Positions 46,766 through 54,877 of a DNA stretch of 64,000 nt are shown here, one piece after another. The stretch spans positions 18,648-82,647 of the forward strand of contig JAEZGM010000038.1 in NCBI GenBank assembly GCA_023416955.1, read 5' to 3'. The position numbers and the translations under genes are program-made. The notes under the pieces were generated by a model. That model was not told the origin of the DNA. It saw nothing but the letters and a program-made list of their open reading frames with translations, and made no database searches. Within the stretch, counting starts at the first letter, position 1. Each line of letters opens with the position of its first letter. The stretch comes from Bacillota bacterium. GTDB lineage: Bacteria; Bacillota; Clostridia; Oscillospirales; Acutalibacteraceae.

Positions 46766-48139
46766 TTATTTGCCCTGATATTTTTCCACGATTTCATGCG
46801 CACATTTATAAACATCGCCGCCACCCAGAGTCAAAATCAAATCCCCTGATTCGGCACGGGCGGTTACATAATTGCTGATCTCTTCGAAGGTCTTAAACCA
46901 TACGCTGCCCGGAATTTTATCCGCAAGGTCTTTTGCATAAATATTGTAGGTATTTTCTTCGCGGACTGCAAGGATTTCCGACAGAACTACGTGGTCGGCA
47001 ATGGAGAGTGCCTTTGCAAATTCATCCAGCAGAAGATAGGTTCTGGAATAAGTATGCGGTTGAAAAACAGCCCATACCCGCCGGAAGCCCATCTGTTTCG
47101 CGGCAGTGAGCGTTGCGGTTAGCTCAGTAGGGTGATGCGCAAAATCATCCGCAACCGTAATGCCATTAAAATTGCCTAGAATTTCAAAGCGGCGATGAAC
47201 ACCGGTAAACTGATGCAGGCTGCTCACAATGCTCTCGGCGTCTATATTCATGGAATCCGCGACAGCAAACGCAGCCAAAGCGTTGTAAATATTATGACGG
47301 CCGGGAACGCTCAGCGTAACGTCCGCGATTTTCTTCCCGTGTTTCATAATACTGAAAAATTCCCTTGCCTGTTTGGTTCCCAAGACATTATCCGCGTAAT
47401 AGTCGTTTGACGGATTGAAGCCGAAGGTCACAACTGGAGTTTTCAGTCCCTGAACCGCTTTCATGGAATTTTCATCGTCGCCGTTGACGACCAGCAGGTC
47501 AGTGGTCTGCTCCGCAAACTGACGGAATGAACGGATAATATTTTCCAGTGTGCCGAAATAGTCCAGATGATCCGCGTCGACGTTCAATATGACAGAGACA
47601 GCAGGCGTCAGCTGTAAAAATGTATCAACATATTCGCAGGCCTCACATACGATGGTATCGCTGCCGCCGGCCCTGCCGTTCCCGTTGATGAAGGGCAGCT
47701 TCCCGCCGATTACGGCGGAGGGATCCACACCAGCGTTAATCAGCACCTGCGTAATCATTGCCGTTGTCGTGGTTTTTCCGTGTGTGCCCGAAACTGCGAT
47801 AGAGTTTTTGTAGCGGCGGGTAACCATTCCGAGCATGACGGAACGCTCCACTGCCGGAATTCCCTTTTCCTTCGCGGCGACCAGCTCCGGGTTGTCGGCC
47901 TTTACGGCGGCGGTATACACTACCAGTTCGGCACCGTCCACATTCTCCGGTTTGTGTCCCATGGTTACCGGGATTCCGTAAGAGCGGATGCGATCCAGCG
48001 TTTCCGATTCATTATTGTCGGAACCGGTCAGCTCATAGCCTCTTTTATGCAGTATTTCAGCCAGCGGGCACATTCCTGAACCGCCAATGCCCACGAAATG
48101 TATTTTTTTAATTGATGATAACACGTCGGAAGACTCCAT
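46766..48139 (-). CDS. murC: UDP-N-acetylmuramate--L-alanine ligase
   Basis: HFVGIGGSGM and GTHGKTTTT motifs. I prefer ATG 48139 (AGGAG 10 nt upstream) to the track's 48160. Confidence 0.93.
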   Translation of the reverse strand: MESSDVLSSIKKIHFVGIGGSGMCPLAEILHKRGYELTGSDNNESETLDRIRSYGIPVTMGHKPENVDGAELVVYTAAVKADNPELVAAKEKGIPAVERSVMLGMVTRRYKNSIAVSGTHGKTTTTAMITQVLINAGVDPSAVIGGKLPFINGNGRAGGSDTIVCEACEYVDTFLQLTPAVSVILNVDADHLDYFGTLENIIRSFRQFAEQTTDLLVVNGDDENSMKAVQGLKTPVVTFGFNPSNDYYADNVLGTKQAREFFSIMKHGKKIADVTLSVPGRHNIYNALAAFAVADSMNIDAESIVSSLHQFTGVHRRFEILGNFNGITVADDFAHHPTELTATLTAAKQMGFRRVWAVFQPHTYSRTYLLLDEFAKALSIADHVVLSEILAVREENTYNIYAKDLADKIPGSVWFKTFEEISNYVTARAESGDLILTLGGGDVYKCAHEIVEKYQGK

Positions 48140-48426
48140 AACTGATGAACTCCTATTCATAGATAGTAATAGTTTATGCTTGTATTATATTATACAGCCA
48201 CATTTCATTATAATAAACACATTTATTAAGATATGCAAGTTTATTCATGAAATAACTTTTTCATTTCGCAAGGTCTTGTTTGTAAAATCTGAACTCAAAA
48301 TAGATTTTTATGCTGATATTTTAGTAATTTGCGCAGTCCTTACCATTTTACAAACAATCCATGGGGAATCACATAAACTTTATTGCTTCCATAATATGAT
48401 GTGAGAACATTTTGGAGGCCTCGACA

Positions 48427-49287
48427 ATGATAGATATGAACAGCTTTGGCGTTTTAGGCGGAGATAAAAGGCAGGTGGCGCTTGCCGAATCCATTGCGCT
48501 GGACGGTTACAATGTTTATGCCACCGGGTTTGACTATATTGAATTTAAAGAAAATGTTCAAAAGGTTACACTGGAGGAAGCGGTACAAAAAAGCGCAAAT
48601 ATCATTCTTCCGCTTCCGGTCACGGCGGACGGAACAACACTGAACACCGTATACGGCGAAGGAAAAATTTTATTGGATGACGACTTTGCGGAACTGATGA
48701 GAAATAAGCAGGTATTTGGCGGAATGATGGGGAAGCTGTACCAAACCAGTGAAATATGGGGTTCCATCGAAACCTATGACTATTATACGATGGAGGAATT
48801 TGCTGTTTACAACGCGGTTCTTACAGCGGAAGGCGCAATTGAAATCGCGATGCACGAATACCCCGGAGCCATTAACGGAAGCAAATGCCTTGTCGTCGGC
48901 TTCGGCAGAATCGGAAAAATGCTGTCATGGATGCTGCGTGGATTAGGAGCCAATGTGACGGTAAGCTGTCGGAAATCTTCGGATTTTGCATGGATTAAAT
49001 CCTACGGATATACCGCGGTTAAAGCGGAAGAGGTATGTGAACGGGAACAGTATGATATTATCTTCAATACGGCTCCCGCGATGATTTTTAATCGCCGTGT
49101 TCTTTCCAAGATTCATTCCAACGCACTGATGATAGACCTTTCTTCTATGCCGGGAGGCGTCGATTTCGAAACGGCGTCGAAACTGGGCATCAAAGCGATA
49201 CACGCGCTGTCCCTGCCCGGTAAAATTGCGCCGAAGAGCGCCGGAGAAATTATAAAGAATACAATTTATCATATCATGGAGGAGTGA
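48427..49287 (+). CDS. dpaA: Dipicolinate synthase subunit A
   Basis: SpoVFA-like dehydrogenase with a Rossmann GFGRIG motif. GGAGG lies 8 nt before ATG 48427. It is paired with dpaB. Confidence 0.85.
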   Translation: MIDMNSFGVLGGDKRQVALAESIALDGYNVYATGFDYIEFKENVQKVTLEEAVQKSANIILPLPVTADGTTLNTVYGEGKILLDDDFAELMRNKQVFGGMMGKLYQTSEIWGSIETYDYYTMEEFAVYNAVLTAEGAIEIAMHEYPGAINGSKCLVVGFGRIGKMLSWMLRGLGANVTVSCRKSSDFAWIKSYGYTAVKAEEVCEREQYDIIFNTAPAMIFNRRVLSKIHSNALMIDLSSMPGGVDFETASKLGIKAIHALSLPGKIAPKSAGEIIKNTIYHIMEE

Positions 49288-49293
49288 ACAGGG

Positions 49294-49866
49294 ATGGAGA
49301 ACATTACATTTGGATTTGCCATGTGCGGCTCATTTTGCACATTTTCTAAGGTGATTGTTCAAATGAAGAACATTGTGGATGCCGGGTATCAGGTGCTGCC
49401 GATTATGTCACAAACCGCATATTCAACAGATACCCGTTTCGGCACGGCAAGCAGCTTCATTGAGCAGGTGGAAACAATTTGCGGCAGGAAAATTATTAAA
49501 AATATCGTGGAAGCCGAACCGATCGGCCCTAAAAAAATGGTGGATTTGATGATCGTTGCACCCTGCACGGGGAATACGCTCGCAAAGCTGGCAAACGGAA
49601 TCACAGATACTTCCGTCACGATGGCGGTGAAGTCTACACTGCGCATTGAACGCCCGGTACTGCTTGCGGCGGCTACCAATGACGCGCTTTCCGGCTCCGC
49701 CCAGAACATTGGCCGGCTGCTGAACAGCAAAAACGTTTATTTCGTGCCGATGCAGCAGGATGACCCGGTAAAGAAGCCGTTCTCAGTCAACGCGGATTTT
49801 ACGAAAATTTTGCCCGCTGCGCTGACCGCACTGGAGGGGAAGCAGCTTCAGCCGATTTATTTTTGA
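49294..49866 (+). CDS. dpaB: Dipicolinate synthase subunit B (flavoprotein)
   Basis: 190-aa SpoVFB-like flavoprotein (GFAMCGSFCT, APCTGNTLAKLANGI). Confidence 0.85.
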   Translation: MENITFGFAMCGSFCTFSKVIVQMKNIVDAGYQVLPIMSQTAYSTDTRFGTASSFIEQVETICGRKIIKNIVEAEPIGPKKMVDLMIVAPCTGNTLAKLANGITDTSVTMAVKSTLRIERPVLLAAATNDALSGSAQNIGRLLNSKNVYFVPMQQDDPVKKPFSVNADFTKILPAALTALEGKQLQPIYF

Positions 49867-49968
49867 CGCGCTGAGTTGTAATCCGGGACATAAATGTGGT
49901 ATGATAAAACAAATTATTATCGATAAAAATGGTGTTGAAGTAATATTCATATAAACGGAAGTGAAAAT

Positions 49969-50460
49969 ATGCTTTATTGTCCCAACTGTCAGTCGCTTTG
50001 TAACGATGAATCCTCCTGCCCGTTTTGCGGCAGTAAAAAAATCCGCCAGCCGGAACAGACGGATCCCGTTTTGCTGATGACTGCCGACGAAGGAAAAACA
50101 GCGGCGATTGAAGCCGCCTTTTCGGATGCCGGTATCCCTCTTGAGAAACGCGTTCAGGGTCTCGGCGGCCCGCCGTCCGTCATTTTAGGGCGAAGCTATA
50201 ACATAAACACAAACCTGTATGTGGCTTACGGCGATCTGACGCGTGCGCGAGAGGTTCTTGACGGTATTGGCATTATGGAACAGCAAAACGCCGTGGAGGA
50301 AGAAAACACGGAAGAGGACGAAGAAGCCGAGTTAAGCCCTGTGAAACGAACTGTTGTCAGAATCGTTTCCGCAGTCGTTTTTGCGGCGATAATTTGGGCG
50401 GTTGTCACTGCCTCCGACAGTATTGCAAACGCGTTGAAGGGATTTTTATCTTCATTGTAA
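49969..50460 (+). CDS. Hypothetical protein: N-terminal zinc ribbon, acidic linker, C-terminal TM helix
   Basis: CPNC...CPFCG ribbon, an EEENTEEDEEAE tract and a hydrophobic segment IVSAVVFAAIIWAVV. I cannot assign it to a family. Confidence 0.55.
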   Translation: MLYCPNCQSLCNDESSCPFCGSKKIRQPEQTDPVLLMTADEGKTAAIEAAFSDAGIPLEKRVQGLGGPPSVILGRSYNINTNLYVAYGDLTRAREVLDGIGIMEQQNAVEEENTEEDEEAELSPVKRTVVRIVSAVVFAAIIWAVVTASDSIANALKGFLSSL

Positions 50461-50560
50461 GCCGATACTTCGTATTCAGTCGGAGCCGTGATTTGGATAT
50501 CTTCCTATTAGTATTCGTTTCTGAAAAAATATATGCGAAGTGAGTTTGCCGGGAAACATA

Positions 50561-50586
50561 AAAGAGGAGCTTAGAGCTCCTCTTTT
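50561..50586. terminator. Bidirectional terminator overlapping the EamA 3' end
   Basis: AAA-GAGGAGCT-tag-AGCTCCTC-TTTTT. Confidence 0.65.
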
Positions 50587-51512
50587 TGTGTATTCAATGG
50601 AATGCATTCCTTGGGAACGGGTTCCTTTTCGCTACTTTTATGAAATTTAATAAAATTCAGTTTGGTTTCCGAAATGATCACCGCGGCAAAGATCAGGAAG
50701 AAACCGATAAATGTTTTGGGCGTTGGCCGTTCGTGCAATAATATAATGCCGAATACAGTACCGAACAACGATTCCATTGACATAATCAGGGACGCTCTGG
50801 AAGGCGAAACATATTTTTGACAGATTGTCTGAATCAGCATGGCAATCATTGAACTGAATATACCGACGTACAGCAGCGACAGCACTGTCACTGTTTCAAA
50901 CTTGGTCGGAAGAGTTTCTGTGCAGAGCGCAACGGCAAATGAAATCAGCGCGGTTACAGTGAACTGTGTGAACGTCAACAGAATAGGGTCATTTTTTCGG
51001 GATAAAATACCTGTGAAAACAATGTGGAAACCGAATGCCAATCCGCTGATCAAAGTAAAAATATCTCCCAGATTTACGGAAAGGTGGCTGCTTAAAGTCA
51101 AAAGGCCAATTCCGGTCATGCATATCAGAGCGGAAATAATGTTATATGAATCCGGTTTTTCTCTTTTTACTACCCAGTACAGAAAGGGGACAAGCACAAC
51201 GTAAACAGAAGTTAAAAACGCATTGTTCCCCACGGTTGTATACTTCAGCCCAAATGTCTGAAAGTAATAGGAAGCATAAAGGATAACAGCCAGAATGGTT
51301 CCCGCCTTGATGGATTGCAGATCCAGCTTTTTTATACGGGGGAAAAACAAAATCAGCATTACGAGTGCCGCCATGCCAAAGCGGATTGCGATGATGTAGT
51401 TTGTCGGAATGGCAGAAGTGATGGTTTTCAATACAACGAATGAAAACCCCCAAATCAGTGTAATCAAAATAAGACCAATTTCTGCGAAGAATTCTGTGTT
51501 TTTTACTTTCAA
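50571..51512 (-). CDS. EamA/DMT-family transporter
   Basis: About 10 TM segments in two EamA repeats. I prefer TTG 51512 (GAGAGGTG 6 nt upstream) to the track's TTG 51530. Confidence 0.85.
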   Translation of the reverse strand: MKVKNTEFFAEIGLILITLIWGFSFVVLKTITSAIPTNYIIAIRFGMAALVMLILFFPRIKKLDLQSIKAGTILAVILYASYYFQTFGLKYTTVGNNAFLTSVYVVLVPFLYWVVKREKPDSYNIISALICMTGIGLLTLSSHLSVNLGDIFTLISGLAFGFHIVFTGILSRKNDPILLTFTQFTVTALISFAVALCTETLPTKFETVTVLSLLYVGIFSSMIAMLIQTICQKYVSPSRASLIMSMESLFGTVFGIILLHERPTPKTFIGFFLIFAAVIISETKLNFIKFHKSSEKEPVPKECIPLNTQKEEL

Positions 51513-51647
51513 CCAGCGCACCTCTCTCAATTCAAGTCAGTTCCGGGCTGCACCGGTGAAATTTGGTTCGGTATTCCATAAAATCAGGAAAGCTTTACAC
51601 AAATTTAAACCATCGGCTTTCACCGATGGCAATTGACTTAATTCTTA

Positions 51648-51687
51648 GGTAAACGATGATTAAGTCGTCAGATAATCAGCGGTTACC
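51648..51687. repeat. Hairpin repeat family 2, short copy (40 bp)
   Basis: GGTAAACGATGATTA-AGTCGTCAGA-TAATCAGCGGTTACC. The arms pair at 13 of 15 positions. Confidence 0.75.
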
Positions 51688-51786
51688 CGGATCTTGTTTG
51701 TAAAAGATAAAATTGTGCCTGACGAATCCGACCACAATTTTAGTCGAAACAGACCAGACCTTGAATTCTGTAAATAAGACTCTAAC

Positions 51787-51815
51787 ATTATAACAGTGTT
51801 CGAAATGTTCTGCAA
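51787..51815 (-). promoter_or_regulatory. Candidate minus-strand sigma-A promoter (extended -10) directed at the EamA gene
   Basis: On the minus strand: TTGCAG (51815-51810), a 17-nt spacer containing TG, then TATAAT (51792-51787). It would give a leader of about 270 nt. Confidence 0.45.
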
Positions 51816-51913
51816 TATGTAAAACCATGCTGAAATTACAGCATAAAAGCACCTTGTTTTTTTTAGTTCATAAACATTTAAGAATAAAATTTCTTTTCTA
51901 AATCCAACGATTG

Positions 51914-51922
51914 TGATATAAT
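51914..51922 (+). promoter_or_regulatory. Candidate extended -10 promoter abutting tandem repeat copy 1
   Basis: TGATATAAT on the + strand. The -35 region is poor. Confidence 0.4.
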
Positions 51923-51975
51923 AACCTCACGCCGTGAGCGGAAGCAGAGCTTCCGACGGCTGGGAGAACATTGAA
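51920..51975 (+). repeat. Tandem structured repeat, copy 1 (56-bp core)
   Basis: AATAACCTCACGCCGTGAGCGGAAGCAGAGCTTCCGACGGCTGGGAGAACATTGAA matches copy 2 at 55 of 56 positions. Confidence 0.9.
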
Positions 51976-52044
51976 GCAGGATAAGCCGGAGCAGGAAAGA
52001 AATTTCGGGTATTTAGTACGAATTCCGATAGTGCATCCTGTTTG

Positions 52045-52100
52045 AATAACCTCACGCCGTAAGCGGAAGCAGAGCTTCCGACGGCTGGGAGAACATTGAA
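52045..52100 (+). repeat. Tandem structured repeat, copy 2 (56-bp core)
   Basis: It lies 125 bp downstream of copy 1. The single difference (A at 52061, G at 51936) falls in the predicted bulge. Confidence 0.9.
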
Positions 52101-52162
52101 ACATGATAGGCAGGAGATGTAGGGGAATCCGCAGTTTAAAATAAGCTCGCGGCAATGCATTA

Positions 52163-52171
52163 TGTTATAAT
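52163..52171 (+). promoter_or_regulatory. Candidate extended -10 promoter proximal to the M16 peptidase genes
   Basis: TGTTATAAT, 43 nt upstream of ATG 52214. Confidence 0.4.
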
Positions 52172-52213
52172 AAATCCTGATTTTATCAGAGAATTATTTG
52201 GAGATGAAAATAT

Positions 52214-53497
52214 ATGGTCGATATTGAACAGCGTTCCGTATGCGAGGGTGTCAATTTTCGGATTATTAAAGACACCAAGTTCAAAACGGTACGCGTTTCT
52301 GTTAATTTTATGCTGCCTCTGCAAAAGGAAAAGACGGCGGAAAACGCAATGCTTCCTTTTTTGTTAAGCCGCGCCAGCCGGGAATATCCTGATTTTACGA
52401 AGCTGGGCGAGCGTCTGGAAGAGCTTTACGGCGCGCAAATCGCTGCCGATGTACAAAAACTTGGCGATGTGCAAATGCTGTCCGTTTACGCTACCGGAAT
52501 TGCGGATCAATATGCACTGGGCGGAGAACGCATTTCAGCGGAACTTTCCAGGCTTCTTTGCAGCATCATTTTTGATCCGCCGTTTGAAAACGGAATGTTC
52601 CCGGAGGATGGTTTTAAGCAGGAGCAGCGGCAGACTATTGAAATGATTGAATCGGAATATAACGATAAGCGTGCCTACGCGCGGCTTCGCTGCGAAGAAA
52701 TTATGTGCGCCGGCGAACCCTACGGACTGAAACGCTACGGTTCCAAGGAAGAAATCGCCGCATTGCAGCGAAGCCAGTTGACTGAGGCGTGGCAGTACCT
52801 GATTGATAACGCCAGAGTAGAAATTATGGTGTTGGGGGATTGTGACCCGGAATCCGCGTATAAAGGCTTTCACCAGGCGTTTGCAAGAGTCAGAACCGGC
52901 TCTGCAGTTGATTGCCCGACGGAAAATGTAAAGACTGCTGCACAGGTCAAGGATATCACTGAGAAAATGGACGTTGCGCAATCCAAGCTTGTGCTCGGCT
53001 TTCGCACCGCCGTTTCCGCCCCGGATAAAAAAACTTCCGCGGTGAAGCTGATGACGGCTCTTTTCGGCGGAACGCCGAATTCCAAGCTGTTTTTGAATGT
53101 GCGTGAAAAGCTGAGCCTTTGCTACTACTGCAGCGCACAGTATAATTCCATGAAAGGGATTATGCTGGTACAGAGCGGCGTGGAAACGAAAAATGTTGAA
53201 CGCGCGAAGCAGGAGATTTTGGCCCAGCTGGAAGAAGTCAAGGCCGGGCATTTCGACGACGATGAAATTGCCACCGCTAAGCTGGCCCTTTGCAACGGCT
53301 ACCGTACTGTGTGCGATTCGCTTGGGGCGATGGAGGCCTGGTACCTGTCACAGACATTCACCGGCGACATTAAACGCCCGGAAGACGCCGCGGAGGAAAT
53401 ACAGGGTGTTTCGCGGCAGGATGTGATTGACGCGGCCAATAATGTAACACTCGACACAGTGTATCGTCTGGTAGGAAGCGGGGAAGATGTGGAATGA
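52214..53497 (+). CDS. M16 (insulinase) family protein, non-catalytic subunit (YmfF-like)
   Basis: 427-aa M16 fold without an HxxEH motif at the expected N-terminal position. It is translationally coupled to the next gene. Confidence 0.85.
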   Translation: MVDIEQRSVCEGVNFRIIKDTKFKTVRVSVNFMLPLQKEKTAENAMLPFLLSRASREYPDFTKLGERLEELYGAQIAADVQKLGDVQMLSVYATGIADQYALGGERISAELSRLLCSIIFDPPFENGMFPEDGFKQEQRQTIEMIESEYNDKRAYARLRCEEIMCAGEPYGLKRYGSKEEIAALQRSQLTEAWQYLIDNARVEIMVLGDCDPESAYKGFHQAFARVRTGSAVDCPTENVKTAAQVKDITEKMDVAQSKLVLGFRTAVSAPDKKTSAVKLMTALFGGTPNSKLFLNVREKLSLCYYCSAQYNSMKGIMLVQSGVETKNVERAKQEILAQLEEVKAGHFDDDEIATAKLALCNGYRTVCDSLGAMEAWYLSQTFTGDIKRPEDAAEEIQGVSRQDVIDAANNVTLDTVYRLVGSGEDVE

Positions 53498-54780
53498 ACA
53501 GTGAAATTAAGGTTGTAAAGAGCGACCGTATCGGAGATCAATACTATGAGGTTCACCATGAGTCCGGACTGAAAATATTTATATATCCGAAAGAAAACAA
53601 TAATTCCACTTATGCCGTGTTCGGAACAAAATACGGCTCCATTGATATGTGTTTCCGTTCCTCGGAAAACGGGGAAGTAAATAAGGTTCCGGCGGGAATC
53701 GCGCATTATCTGGAGCATAAGCTGTTTGAAAGCGAGGACGGCGACGCATTTCTGCGCTATGCAAAGACCGGCGCTTCCGCGAACGCTTATACTTCCTTCG
53801 ATATGACCTGCTATTTATTTTCCTGTTCCGACAATGTTTATGAATCGCTGGAAATTTTGCTTGATTTTGTGCAGTCACCCTATTTTACGGAGCAGACGGT
53901 GCAGAAGGAGCAGGGGATTATCGGGCAGGAAATCCGTATGTACGACGACGACCCGCAGTGGCGCGTCATGTTTAATCTGCTGGGTGCGCTGTACCACACA
54001 CACCCCGTGAAAATTGATATTGCCGGCACTGTGGAAAGCATTGCGAAAATTACGCCGGAGCTGCTTTACAGCTGCTATCATACCTTTTATAATTTAAGCA
54101 ACATGACGCTGGCCGTGGCGGGAAACGTGGAAGTGGACAAGGTTTTGGCTCTTTGCGACAAATTGCTGAAGCCCTCGGAGCCCATTCATGTTGACCGGAT
54201 TTTTGAAGAAGAGCCGGCTACGGTTCTGCAAAGCAGAGTGGAACAAAAGCTTTCCGTCGCCGTTCCGCTGTTTGAATTTGGCTTTAAGGAAACAGCTGGA
54301 AAACGCCGTGTAACGGTCAAGGAAATCGCGGAAACGGAAATTCTGTTAAATACAATTGCTTCCGATGCTTCCCCGCTGTTCCGCCGCCTGCTTGACGCGG
54401 GCCTCATTAACGAGTCCTCTTTCTCCTATGAGTATTTTGAAGGACCCGGTTACGCTTCGGTTATTTTTTCCGGTGAATCCAAAAATCCCGATGCGGTAGC
54501 GGAGGAGATTAAGAAGGAAATCGCTGCTGTCCGCAAAAACGGACTTGACCCAGCGGCCTTTGAACGTTCGAAAAAAGCGGTATACGGCAGAATCATTTCT
54601 TCCTTTAACAGTGTGGATTATCTTGCCAATGCGCTGGTGTCGGATACATTTGCCGACCGCAATCTGTATGATTACATCGACTGTGTCGCGGCTGCCGATA
54701 TTCATTCTGTTCAGGAGCGTTTGAGTATGCAGCTGATTCCCGAAGCTTCCGCGTTATCCATCATCAAACCGTTAGAATAA
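53494..54780 (+). CDS. M16 (insulinase) family zinc peptidase, catalytic subunit (YmfH-like)
   Basis: 428 aa with an intact inverted zinc motif HYLEH (GIAHYLEHKLFE). It overlaps the previous stop by 4 nt. Confidence 0.88.
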   Translation: MNSEIKVVKSDRIGDQYYEVHHESGLKIFIYPKENNNSTYAVFGTKYGSIDMCFRSSENGEVNKVPAGIAHYLEHKLFESEDGDAFLRYAKTGASANAYTSFDMTCYLFSCSDNVYESLEILLDFVQSPYFTEQTVQKEQGIIGQEIRMYDDDPQWRVMFNLLGALYHTHPVKIDIAGTVESIAKITPELLYSCYHTFYNLSNMTLAVAGNVEVDKVLALCDKLLKPSEPIHVDRIFEEEPATVLQSRVEQKLSVAVPLFEFGFKETAGKRRVTVKEIAETEILLNTIASDASPLFRRLLDAGLINESSFSYEYFEGPGYASVIFSGESKNPDAVAEEIKKEIAAVRKNGLDPAAFERSKKAVYGRIISSFNSVDYLANALVSDTFADRNLYDYIDCVAAADIHSVQERLSMQLIPEASALSIIKPLE

Positions 54781-54877
54781 TCTCCTGTTTTGAAACAGCA
54801 ATAATACCGGCGAGCGCCCCGCGCGGCTATTCGCCGGTTTGAGATTTATTTCTGCGCGCGGAGAAATGGTGGAGAAT

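Noticed and set aside
48087-48404. A 105-aa + strand ORF in the AT-rich murC/dpaA intergenic region.
   Set aside because: It starts antisense within the murC 5' end and runs through an AT-rich promoter region. Its Ile/Phe/Lys-rich composition is typical of translated AT-rich DNA. It has no RBS.
48161-48426. A sigma-K type promoter (AC ... CATA---TA) for dpaAB.
   Set aside because: The CATA-containing candidates (CATAATATG at 48390-48398 and CATAAACTT at 48374-48382) lack the downstream TA at the right spacing. I cannot support a call without a position-weight-matrix scan.
51657-51829. A roughly 57-codon minus-strand ORF (MVLHIAEHFEHCYNV...) in the EamA/M16 intergenic region.
   Set aside because: It has no Shine-Dalgarno sequence. 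It spans the predicted promoter and two hairpin elements, and its composition is unremarkable. It is more likely non-coding leader sequence.
51920-52100. The tandem repeat as a mini CRISPR array. Copy 2 even ends in ATTGAAAC, like the 3' handle of many type I/III repeats.
   Set aside because: There are only two copies. The identical core is 56 bp and the period is 125 bp, with a 69-bp spacer, which is outside normal CRISPR geometry as I recall it. Similarity continues into the would-be spacer, and the window contains no cas genes.
51920-52100. The tandem repeat as a known tandem-aptamer riboswitch (glycine, NAD+ nadA motif, guanidine-II).
   Set aside because: None of the conserved cores I remember for these classes are present. 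The missing elements are the glycine ACCGAAGGGGCAA / CTCAGGCAAAAGGAC segments, the ACGR loops of guanidine-II and the nadA bulged stems. A covariance-model search is still needed.
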